Source of the DNA: Candidatus Saccharimonadota bacterium
Lineage (GTDB): Bacteria > Pseudomonadota > Gammaproteobacteria > Enterobacterales > Enterobacteriaceae
NCBI GenBank assembly: GCA_036689235.1
Contig: CP144769.1
Span: 207,865 to 239,864, forward strand
Length of the DNA: 32,000 bases
Direction: 5' to 3'
This document shows positions 1 to 10,670 of this stretch, in pieces. A program made the position numbers and the translations under genes. Position 1 is the first letter of the stretch. Each line of letters begins with the position of its first letter. Under the pieces are notes generated by a model. The model ran no database searches. It had not been told where the DNA came from and saw only the letters and a list, made by a program, of their open reading frames with translations.

Positions 1-428
1 ATGCTTCAGATATATCAAAAAAAGCTTTAAAGATAACTAAAAAAAATATTTTTTTACATAAAAAGAATAAAAAAATTAAAATAATAAAATCAAATATATA
101 TAAAAATATAAAAAATAAAAAATATGATTTAATAATATCTAATCCTCCATATTTAAGTAAAAATGAAATAAAATATTTACCTAAAGAATATCATTATGAA
201 CCAAAAATAGCATTAATAACAAAAAATAATGGATTATATATAATTCAAAAAATAATTAATAAATCATATAATTATTTAAAAAAAAATGGATATTTAATAT
301 GTGAAACAGGCCATCAAAAAAAAAAAATAATAAAAAATAATAAAGGAATAAAATTTAATTGATTTAAATTTAAAAATAAAAATAATAAAGTATTTTATAT
401 AAAAAAAAAAAAATTAAATTTTAAATAA
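1..428 (+). CDS. prmC: Release-factor glutamine N5-methyltransferase (PrmC/HemK family). This is the 3' part; the 5' end lies outside the window.
   Basis: Frame 3 is open from the window edge to TAA at 426-428 if TGA at 360-362 is Trp. The translation contains YDLIISNPPYL (NPPY motif at 141-152), then YEPKIAL..NGLY...YLKKNGYLICETG, the HemK/PrmC C-terminal pattern. Confidence 0.75.
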
Positions 429-1196
429 ATTAATAAAATTATTATAACAAATATTTAATATAAAATTAAAATCTAATTTTTTTAGTAAAAAAACTTTTTT
501 TTTGATTATAAAAATAATTTTACTTGAATCATTTTTTTATATCTATAAAGTTTAGGAGTTAAATAAGAAAAATTAGTTTTAAACAATAATTTATCTAAAG
601 AAATATATTTTATAATTTTTTGTAAAAAAAAATTATTTTTAAAAGTTATTAAATCTAATAATGAAATATATAAATCTAAAAATTTATATAAAATTTTTTA
701 TTTTAATAACTAAAACAATATAATACAACACCAAAATTTAAAATATTAAATTTTTTAATTATATTTAAAATATCTAAAAAATATAATATAGAATTTATAA
801 TAAATGATTTATTATATTTATTTGATAAATATAATTGATTAATAAATATTTCAATTTATTTATTTTTATTAAAATTTTTATTACTAATATATTTATAATT
901 TAAACCACATTTACCTATAACTACAATATTTTTAAATAATATAATTTTTTTTTAAACAATATAAATCATCTTTTTTTATAAATTCTATATATAAAGGATA
1001 AATTCCATAAGATAATTTAATTATATCTTAATTAATATAAGATAACATAAAAAATATATTAAAAAATTTTTAATAATAACAGAAACAAATAATATTTTTT
1101 TTTTTTTTTTTTAAATAATAAAAAATATTTTATATTTTTAAATGAAAAATGTAAAAAAATTTTATCTATATGATAATGTAAATCAAATAAATATAT
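414..1196 (-). pseudogene. Degraded TatD/YcfH-family metal-dependent hydrolase gene with multiple frameshifts and in-frame TAA stops
   Basis: Six minus-strand ORF fragments in different frames are colinear with E. coli YcfH. In order: LFDLHYHID (HxH motif, 1164-1184), YGIYPL, VVIGKCGLNYKY (GExGLDyy-like, 889-915), FGVVLYCF, KFLDLYISLLDLITFKN, LDKLLFKTNFSYLTP (ETDsPYL-like), and NNFINLFKI-stop at 414-416. The total span of 783 nt is about the length of YcfH. Position downstream of holB matches E. coli holB-ycfH. In-frame TAA at 856-858 and 703-705. Frame breaks occur at or near T18 (1095-1112), T9 (945-953) and A9 (624-632). Metal-ligand residues are replaced (GE to GK, LHCF to LYCF, ETD to KTN). 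Confidence 0.7.
1095..1112. repeat. 18-nt T homopolymer (A18 on the coding minus strand)
   Basis: Counted directly in the sequence. It lies where the N-terminal frame of the tatD-like gene (FDLHYHID...) switches to the next homologous frame (ILFVSVIIKNF...). Confidence 0.9.
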
Positions 1197-1201
1197 TTAA
1201 A

Positions 1202-2188
1202 TTACTTTTTATTTAATTTAATTAATAAAAAATTTATTAAATCATATAACAAAATATCTTTATTTATATTATTAATATTTTTAATAATTGATAAACAAAA
1301 AATAATTTTATTTAAAATTAAATATATATCATTTATATTTAAAAAACAAATATTTTTATTAAAAAAAATATATATATCTAAATTATATAAATATTTAATA
1401 ATTTTATATTTATATTTAATATAATCTAAAAATAAAGTAATTAATATATATAAATTAATTTCTAAATTATCATTATTTATAATTCTTACTATATTATTAA
1501 TATTAAATTTATTTAAATTTAATATTAAATTAATAATTTTTTTTTTAATTAAAATATTTTTTTTAATTCAAATTAAAGAATTAATTGGAGAATTATTACT
1601 TAATCTAATACAAGATAAAAAAATATTTTTATTAAAATTATTTTTAAATTTATTTAATAATCATTTTAATATAATGTTTTCTTTAGGAAATTTAATTCTT
1701 AATAAAAATGATCTACTTAATATAGTATTAGGTATAAATATATTATCTGAACAACTAAATATAAAAATAATTTTTCCATTATTTTCTTCTAATATTTTTA
1801 ATAAAAAATTATTAACATAATAATTATCAAATTTAAAATTATCAAAAAAAATTATTTTAATATCATTAATACTAATATTAATTAATAATTTATTATATAT
1901 TTTTTTAATTAAATTAATATTTATATTATTATTAATATAATAATAATTAAAATAATTTTTATTTTTAAATGAAATACAATTAAAACATTTATTACATGAT
2001 AAATATTTTTTTTTATTTTTACAAAAAATTCATTTTATTAAACAAATTATTAAAATATTAATATTTAAATTACAAGAATATTTAAATATAAAATTAAAAA
2101 TATTTAATCTATTAATATTTAAAATATTTATTATATAAATATAATTACTTTTAAATCAAGAATAAATAATATTTTTATTAAATAACAT
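1202..2188 (-). CDS. holB: DNA polymerase III delta-prime subunit
   Basis: ATG at 2188, TAA at 1202-1204, 328 codons with 4 in-frame TGA read as Trp. The translation has a Cys cluster (CKNKKKYLSCNKCFNC) and NFLLKILEENNGKIIFIFSCSDNIFIPNTILSRSFLL, matching the clamp-loader box LLKtLEEPp...iLi....llpTI.SRC. There is no standard-code ORF in the track because of the TGA codons. Confidence 0.75.
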
Positions 2189-2280
2189 AATTTTAATAAA
2201 TATAATATAAGAAAATAAAATAATTATTATATAATTATATAATATATATATAACATAAATAAAATAGGATATAAAAAAAA

Positions 2281-2877
2281 ATGTTAGTAACTTTTAAATC
2301 TCCAGATTTTACAACTAAAGGTATTGATACAAATAATAAAATTATTAATTTTAATTTATATAAAAATACAAAAAATAAAAATATATTATTATTCTTTTGA
2401 CCTTTAGATTTTACATATATATGTCCATCAGAAATAATAGCATTAAATAATAGATATAATGAATTTAAAAATAAAAATACAAAAATTTTTGGAATATCTA
2501 TAGATTCTGTTTATACACACATAGCATGAAAAAATACACCTATTAAAAAAGGAGGAATAGGATTAATAAAATTTATTATTTTATCAGATATAAATAGAAA
2601 AATACAAAAAAAATATAAAATAAAAAATAATAAAATATTTAATTCATTAAGAACAACTTTTATAATAGATACTAATAAAATAATAAGACATGAATCAACT
2701 AATGATTTACAAATAGGTAGAAATATTGATGAATTATTAAGAATAATAGATGCAATAAATTTTAATAATGAAACTAAAATGATATGTCCAGCACAATGAA
2801 ATAAAAATAAAAAAGGAATAAATGAAACAAATAAAAGTATATGTAATTTTTTAAAAAAAAATTATAAAAAAATATAA
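2281..2877 (+). CDS. ahpC: Typical 2-Cys peroxiredoxin (AhpC/Tsa family)
   Basis: ATG at 2281, TAA at 2875-2877, 198 aa. Motifs: LLFFWPLDFTYICPSEI (peroxidatic Cys), SIDSVYTHIAW, and ICPAQW (resolving Cys). The Trp residues in HIAW and CPAQW are encoded by TGA. AGGA lies 11 nt upstream of the start. Confidence 0.9.
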
Positions 2878-2879
2878 AT

Positions 2880-2921
2880 ATATACATAATATATATATAT
2901 ATATATATATATTATGTATAT
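2880..2921. terminator. Perfect 42-nt palindrome with an (AT)n core. Candidate bidirectional intrinsic terminator between convergent ahpC and rpmB-rpmG.
   Basis: Arms ATATACATAAT / ATTATGTATAT flank an (AT) repeat. Every position i pairs with 5801-i from 2880 to 2921. It starts 3 nt after the ahpC stop and is followed by T-rich sequence on both strands. Confidence 0.5.
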
Positions 2922-2976
2922 TTATATTATTAATATTTTATTCTATAAAAAATTAATATATTTATAATTTTAATAA

Positions 2977-3144
2977 TTATTTAAATTTAATTTCATTATA
3001 TATAAAATGTTTTCTAAAAATAGGATCATACTTTTTTATAGATAATTTTTTTTTTGTATTATTTAAATTTTTAGAAGAAGTATAAAAATGACCACTTCCT
3101 GAAGAAGATAATAATTTTATATTAATTCTTTTATTTTTTGACAT
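2977..3144 (-). CDS. rpmG: 50S ribosomal protein L33
   Basis: ATG at 3144, TAA at 2977-2979, 55 aa: MSKNKRINIKLLSSSGSGHFYTSSKNLNNTKKKLSIKKYDPIFRKHFIYNEIKFK. Typical L33 sequence, located after rpmB as in the rpmB-rpmG operon. Confidence 0.9.
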   Translation of the reverse strand: MSKNKRINIKLLSSSGSGHFYTSSKNLNNTKKKLSIKKYDPIFRKHFIYNEIKFK

Positions 3145-3162
3145 AAATTTTTCCCTAATAAT

Positions 3163-3378
3163 TTATTTATTAATTAAAACATTTTCAATACCAATTTTAT
3201 TTATAATTCTTATAGCTTTACAAGTTAATTTTAATTTAATAAATTTATTTTTATTAGATAATCAAAATTTATGATTATGTAAATTTGGTAAAAATTTTCT
3301 TTTAGACTTATTCATAGAATAAGATCTTTTATTTCCAAATAAAGGTTTTTTTTTAGTAATAAAACAAAATTTAGACAT
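3163..3378 (-). CDS. rpmB: 50S ribosomal protein L28
   Basis: ATG at 3378, TAA at 3163-3165, 71 aa: MSKFCFITKKKPLFGNKRSYSMNKSKRKFLPNLHNHKFWLS... One TGA is read as Trp. Confidence 0.9.
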
Positions 3379-3409
3379 AAATTTTAAACTTAATTTAAAA
3401 TTATAAAAA

Positions 3410-6400
3410 TTATTTTTTTAATAATTTTATATATTTAGCTAAAAAAACATTTTTATAATTATTATTTTGATATTTCAAATAACCATTTATAATAATAATA
3501 TTATATAATTCTAAAATATAATAATATTTTTTGTATATATTTTTAAAAATTAATACATCTATATTATTAGTATTATCATCTAAATTTAATATACAAATAC
3601 GATAATTTTTTTTAGTTAATATAAATTTTATATCAGTAATTAAACCAAATATATTTATTAAATTATTATTATTAATATATTTTTTTTTTTTTTTAAATAA
3701 ATCTTTTATATAAATAAAATTAATTTTACATTTAACAAAATTAATAAATTTATTAACAGGATGATTAGTTAAATAAAAACCTAAAGATTCTTTTTCTTTA
3801 TTTAATATAATATCATCATTTAATGAAGGAATAGATTTTTTAATTTTTTTATAAATATAAGAATCTAAAATATTATTATTTTTAAATAAAGATAATTGTT
3901 TAAAATTTAAATTATAATTATTTTTTTTTATAATAGACAATATTTCTTTAATATTATCAAATAATATTGATCTATTAATATTAAAAATATCTAATGAACC
4001 AGAAAAAATTAATTTTTCTAAAACTAATTTAGTTATTTTATTATTATATATTAATCTACAAAAATCAATATAATTTTTAAATAAACCATATTTATTACGT
4101 ATACTTATAATATGTTTAATAGAACTTTTTCCTATACCTTTAATAGCTCCTAAACCATATACTATTTCTTTTTTATCATTTATATAAAAATAATAAGAAC
4201 TTAAATTAATATTAGGAAAAATTATTTTAATATTTAATAATTTAATTTCATTAATAATTAAAATTACTTTTTTAATATTATCTATATCAGAATTAATTAT
4301 AGATATTAAAAATTCAGAAGTAAAATTAGTTTTTAATCATAAAGTCTGATATGCTAATAAAGCATAAGATACTGAATGAGATTTATTAAAACCATAACTA
4401 GCAAAATTTTGCATTAAAGAAAATATTTTTAAAGAAAAATTACCATCTATTCCTAAAGAAATAGATCCTTTACGAAATATTTCTTTATGAAATTCCATTT
4501 TTTTATAATCTTTTTTAGTCATAGCTAATCTTAATTCATCTGCTTTTTCTAAACTATAATTAGCTAAAACTTGAGCTATTTTCATTACTTGTTCTTGATA
4601 TAAAATTATTCCATAAGTATATTTTAATATAGGTATTAATAATTTATGTTGTCAATTTTTATCAGGATAATATACAGTTTCTTTTCCTTTTTTACGATTA
4701 ATAAAATTATCAACCATACCTGATTGTAAAGGACCAGGTCTAAATAAAGCTAATAATGATATAATATCATTAAAATTATTTGGATTTAATTTATTAATTA
4801 ATTTTCTCATTCCATTAGATTCTAATTGAAAAACTCCTATAGTTTTAGATTTTTTTAATAAATTATAACTATTTTTATCATTTAATGATATTTTATTAAT
4901 ATTAAATTTATTATTAAAATATTTTTTTTTATTTATTATTTTAATAGTATTATGAATAATAGTTAAAGTTTTTAAACCTAATAAATCAAATTTTATTAAA
5001 CCAATATATTTTATATCATTTTTATCAAATTGTGTAATTAATCTATTAGTATCCTTATCACAATAAGTAGAACAATAATTCTCTATTAAATTAGGAGATA
5101 TAACTATTCCTCCAGCATGTTTTCCTATACATTTTATTATACCTTCTAATTTATATGAAATATTAATTAAATATTTAACATCTTTATTAGAATTATATAA
5201 AATATTAATTTTCTTTTCTAAAATTAATGCTTTTTTTAAAGTTATATTAATATCAAAAGGTATTAATTTAGCTAAATAATCAACAAAACGATATGAATAT
5301 CCTAATACTCTACCTACATCTCTTAAAACTGATTTAGCTGTCATAGTATTAAAAGTTACAATTTGAGCTATAGAATTATAACCATATACATTTTCTAAAT
5401 GATAAAATACTTTATCACGATTTTTCATACAAAAATCAATATCAAAATCAGGCATAGAAATTTTTTCAAGATTTAAAAATCTTTCAAAAATTAAATCAAA
5501 TTTAATAGGATCAATATCAGTTATATATAATAAATATGCTACTAATGATCCAGAACCTGAACCTCTACCTGGACCAACATAAATATTATTATCTTTTGAT
5601 CATTTAACAAATTCCATAACTATCAAAAAATAATTAGAAATATTTAATTTAAATATTACTTTTAATTCCTTTTTTATACGTAATAAATATTTATTTTTTA
5701 ATTTAATATTATTATTAAATAATAATCTCATTTTAAAACCAATAAAAACTTTTTTTCTTAAATAATTATTAGAAGAATATTTACCTTTATAAGGAAAACT
5801 AGGTAATATTATTTTTTTTTTTTTTTTAATTAAAAAATTACAAATATAAGAAATTTTAATAGTATTAAATAAAATATCTTGCATATCATAAAATAAATTA
5901 AACATTTCTTCTTGAGATTTAAAATAATATTGATCTGTATAATATATATAATTAGATATTTTATCTAATTTACAATTATAATATATACAAGAACGAATTT
6001 TATTTATATAAAAATCATCCTTTTTGAAAAATAATACTTTATTTGTACAAACTAATAAAATTTTATTTTTTTTAGAACATTTTATTATATCTTTTAAATA
6101 TAAATTTTGATTTTTATGATTTAATTTAAATATATCTAAATATAAATTATTATTATAATATTTTTTTAAAAAAAATAAATGTTCATTAACTTTATTAATA
6201 TCATAAAAAAAAAATTTTTTTACATTATAAGAATAATAATTTATAGAATATATTAATATTAATCCATCACTAAATTTACATAATAAATTAATATCAATAT
6301 ACAAAAAATTTAATTTATAATAATTTTTATAAGCAATAGAAATTAATTTAATTAAATTATAATATCCAATTTTATTAATTACTAATAAAGTAGAAAAATT

Positions 6401-6640
6401 AATACTATTGATATCATTATAATATATACCTATATCAGCACCAAATATAGGTTTTATACCATAAAATAAAGATTTTTTATAAAATTTAATAATACCAGAT
6501 AAGCTAAAATAATCAGTTAAAGCTATAGCAGGCATATTAAAATTATATGCTTTTTTTAAAATATCATTTATTTTACATATACTATCTTTAATAGAATAGT
6601 CACTATGAACACTAAGATGAATAAATTTAGGAAAAGACAT
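3410..6640 (-). CDS. dnaE: DNA polymerase III alpha subunit
   Basis: Track ORFs 3410-3940, 4337-4585, 4652-5455 and 5600-6640 are all in one frame (3231 nt, 1076 aa) and are joined through TGA codons only. I checked the 3941-4336 junction by translation. N-terminal PHP domain ([15 protein letters not shown]), palm/fingers ([28 protein letters not shown]) and a HhH region (GLGAIKGIG). Confidence 0.93.
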
Positions 6641-6873
6641 AAATAAATAATTATTATAATTATTTTAAAAAAAATTAAATCATTAATATACTTAACATTA
6701 TAATTAATAATTAAAATATAATTATATTTTAATTAAAAATTATTTAATTATTAATAAATATTTAATTTAAATTACTTTATATATTTATCTAAAATAAATT
6801 ATATATTTATATTTAATACTTATCAATATTATATTATATATAATATATAATTTTTTAAAAATAAATTAAATTT

Positions 6874-9351
6874 TTATTTATAACTATTTTTATTAAATAA
6901 ACTTTCAATATTAAATTGAAAATAATTAATTTCATTATTATTAATATAATTTATAGGAAAACCAATAGATAATTTAATAAAACCAATAGGAGTTATAATT
7001 TTAAAACAAAATCCAATAGATGATTTTAAAATATTTTTATAATAATTAATATTCAAAATATTATAATTATTAATATTATTAATATTTTTAAATATATTAT
7101 TTAAATTATTATTTAATATAATACCATTATCTAAAAAAAAAGAAATACGTAAATATTTAGAATAATATTTATTTAAAAAATAATTATTTGGAATTATAAT
7201 ATCCAAATTATTTGATAAAATAAAATTTCCTCCAGAAGAATTATTTAAAAAACATATATTTCTTTTATTTTTACATATATAATTTTTAGAATTTATAAAT
7301 ATTTTACTTATACCTATACTTTCATAATTAAAATTACGAATAAAATTATTATTTTTACCAAAATAAAAATATTCATAAAAAGGTATATTTTTATTATTTA
7401 AACTATTAATATATCCTATATTATTATTAATAGAAAATATTCATTTTTTATATTTATTAAAATAAAAATAATTAGAAAAAGAAAAATTTAATTTAAAATA
7501 ATTATTATTATATAAATTTAATAAATTATATTTTATATATAAATTAATATAATATCCAAAATTAGGAAAAAAATTATTATTATCTAATTTATTTAAAAAA
7601 AAATTATTTATTAAAAATAAATTATTTGAATAAAAATTATTATTTAAACAATTTAAATTATATTTTTTATTTATAGAATTAAAATATTCTATATATAATA
7701 ATTGAGATTTAATATTATATAAAAAAATATTATTATATTTTAAAGATAAATTATACTCTATATTTTTATTAAAAATAAAAATAATACTATTTTTTATAAT
7801 ATACTTAGAACTTAAATAATCATAATTATTAAAATTATTATTATTAAAATAAAATTTATGTTTAAAATATATATTATTTTTATTAAAAGGATAGATAAAA
7901 AATATATTTATAGATTTATTTAATATATTTTTAAAAAATTCAATAAATAAATCATTATTATAAAATAAAAAATTTTTCTTAAATAATTTAATATTATAAT
8001 TTATAATATTATTATTTCCATAACCTAAATTAATATTAAATAAATTATTATTTTTTTCTAAAAATTTATATATTATATTTATTTTATTTGATTTATTAAT
8101 ATTAATAAATTTTTCTTTATACTTTATAAATTTAAAAAATCTAGTATTTTTTAAATTTAAAACTCCTTTTCTTATTAAAGAAATATTATATAATTTATTT
8201 TCTAATAAAGGTATTTTTTTTTTTATAAAATTAACATCTATTTTTTTAATATTTTTAAATAAAATTTTATTTATATAAAATTTTTTATTAAAATTAATAT
8301 TAATAAAAAATACAATTTTATATTTATATTTTTTATATTTTATATTAAAATTTATATTAGCATAACCTTTTTGTTTAAAAAATATATTTATATTATTTAT
8401 AATATTTTTAATTTTATTATATTTATAATATATATTATTTTTAATTATTTTATTTTTAATTAAATATAAAATTTTATTAAAATTTAAAATATCACTTTTA
8501 AATAAAATATTATATATTTTATATCTTTTACCTTCATTAATTTCTATAAAAATATTAATTATATTTTCTTTATAAAACTTAATTTTAATTTTTTTTACAT
8601 AAAAATCAAAATAACCATTATTTAAATAATAATATTTTATATTATTTAAATCTTTTATAAATTTATTATAATTAAAATAATTTTTAAAAAAAATATCAAA
8701 AATAAAATTAAATTTTTTAGTTTCCATTAAATAAAAAATTTTATTTTTACTAATATTATTATTTCCTAAAATATTTATTTTATTTATTCTTAAATAATCA
8801 CCTTCTTTTATAATTATTTTTAATAAAAAATTATTTCTATAAAAATTAATTTTTAAAAAATTTATATTAATATTATATTTTCCTATTTTTTTATATTTAT
8901 TTATTAAATACATTTTAAATTTTAAAAGATTATAATTATTTAAAAATTTATTATTAGATATATTAAATTTATTTAAATAACATAATATTTTATTATTTTT
9001 AAATATTTTATTTCCAATAAAATAAAAATCATTAATTACAATTTTATAATTCAATAAAAATAATATATTATTATTATTTTTTACGTAAAATACTTTAATA
9101 TTATTAAAATGATTTAAATTATATAAAAAAAATTTAATTTTTTTAATATCTTTTCAATTTATAAAATTACCAAATTTCTTTTTTAATAAATTTTTATAAT
9201 AATATGAATTAATATTATTATTTTTAATATTTAAAATAATATTATTCATTTTATAAATATTTTTAGCAAAACAATTGTAATTAAAAAATAAAAAAAATAA
9301 AAACAATAAAATTTTTTTTATTTTTAATAAATCAAAAATATAAAATAACAT
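6874..9351 (-). CDS. bamA: Outer membrane protein assembly factor BamA (Omp85 family)
   Basis: Track ORFs 6874-7206, 7441-9054 and 9154-9351 share one frame (2478 nt, 825 aa). I translated both junctions and they contain only TGA. Hydrophobic N-terminal signal-like segment (LLFLFFLFFNYNCFA), repeated POTRA-like segments, and a C-terminal barrel ending pattern (FYFGKNNNFIRNF, FFLDNG). Conserved position after uppS. Confidence 0.8.
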
Positions 9352-10071
9352 TTAATTTTTTCCAAATCTTCTATTTCTTAAAAAAAAATTATTAAGTATA
9401 TTTTTAAAATCAATACATTTAAAATCAGGTCATAAAATATTTATAAAAAAAAATTCAGCATATGCTATTTGTCATAATAAAAAATTACTTATTCTTTTTT
9501 CACCACCAGTTCGTATTAATAAATCAACTGGAGGTAAACTACCTAAACATAAATTTTTTTTTACTAAATTTTCATTAATTTTTTTCGTATAAAAAATATT
9601 TTTATTACTTTTTTTAATTATCTTTTTTATACAATTTACAATATCTCATTTACCTCCATAATTTATAGCAATATTTAACTTTAATCCTTTATTATTTTTA
9701 GTTAAAATTTGTATTTTTTTTATATTTTCTTGTAAATTAAGATGTAATTTACTTTTATTACCTATAATATTTACACAAACATTTTTATTATGTAAAATAT
9801 ACATCTGATTTTTTATACTTAAAGAAAATAATTTCATTAATTTTGATATTTCTAAATCAGATCTAGACCAATTTTCAGTACTAAAAGCATATAAAGTTAA
9901 TATATTTAATTTGTTAATAATAGAAAAATTAATAATTTTTCTTAAAGATTTTAATCCCTTTTTATATCCTAATATACGAGATAAACCTTTTTTAATAGCC
10001 CATCTACTATTACCATCCATAATAATAGCAATATGTTTTATATCACTATAATTATTATTATTTCTAAACAT
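9352..10071 (-). CDS. uppS: Undecaprenyl (ditrans,polycis) diphosphate synthase
   Basis: ATG at 10071, TAA at 9352-9354, 239 aa. Track ORF 9646-10071 extends through TGA codons. Motifs: [50 protein letters not shown]. Confidence 0.92.
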
Positions 10072-10080
10072 TTTCTAAAT

Positions 10081-10665
10081 TTATATATTTAATATATTAT
10101 TTTTTTTTTTATAAAATAAAATATCTAATTTACTTATATATAAATCAGTTAATTTTTGTAACAAAATATTAAATTTATTTATTTTATCTTTATTATAATT
10201 AAAATTTCTAATTAAAGATTTATATTTTATTTTAAAATATTTTCTTATATTTCTAATAGAAATTTTAGATAACTCAAATTCTTTTTTTAATAATTTAACA
10301 AAATAAAATCTTTTTTCTTCTGTTAAAGGAGGTATATATATTAATATATCATCTTTATCTTCATTAATATTTAAATCTAAATTTAAAGATAAAATAGTTT
10401 TTTTAACAATATTTTTAATATTTTTATCAAATAAAGATATTCTACAACAATTATTTTTTTCTATAAATATATTTGATAATTTATATAAAAAAATTTTTTT
10501 ATTATAATAATCTATTAATAAATTAGATATAATATTAGTATCTAAAAAATGAATATTAAATTTATTAATATTTTTTTCAAAATTTATTAAACATAATTTC
10601 ATTTTTTTTTTTATATCTTTTTCATTTATATTTTGTAATATATTCATATATAAAATATTATACAT
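10081..10665 (-). CDS. frr: Ribosome recycling factor
   Basis: Intact 194-aa ORF in the track. RRF-like pattern (IYIPPLTEEKR, IRNIR) and conserved frr-uppS adjacency. The true start may be an internal Met. Confidence 0.85.
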   Translation of the reverse strand: MYNILYMNILQNINEKDIKKKMKLCLINFEKNINKFNIHFLDTNIISNLLIDYYNKKIFLYKLSNIFIEKNNCCRISLFDKNIKNIVKKTILSLNLDLNINEDKDDILIYIPPLTEEKRFYFVKLLKKEFELSKISIRNIRKYFKIKYKSLIRNFNYNKDKINKFNILLQKLTDLYISKLDILFYKKKNNILNI

Positions 10666-10670
10666 TATAA

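Noticed and set aside
3410-6640. dnaE (and likewise bamA, rpoD, metG, proS, valS, mnmG, cca) appearing as several separate ORFs, which could suggest pseudogenes or split genes
   Set aside because: All fragments of each gene share one frame. The only interruptions at the junctions I translated (cca and valS checked in full) are TGA codons at positions where Trp is expected. Under table 4 each is a single intact gene of normal length.
6830-6847. 18-nt A/T-only palindrome downstream of bamA, possibly a terminator
   Set aside because: Pure A/T palindromes of this size are expected by chance at this composition and would form a very weak hairpin. It is not comparable to the 42-nt C/G-anchored palindrome at 2880-2921.
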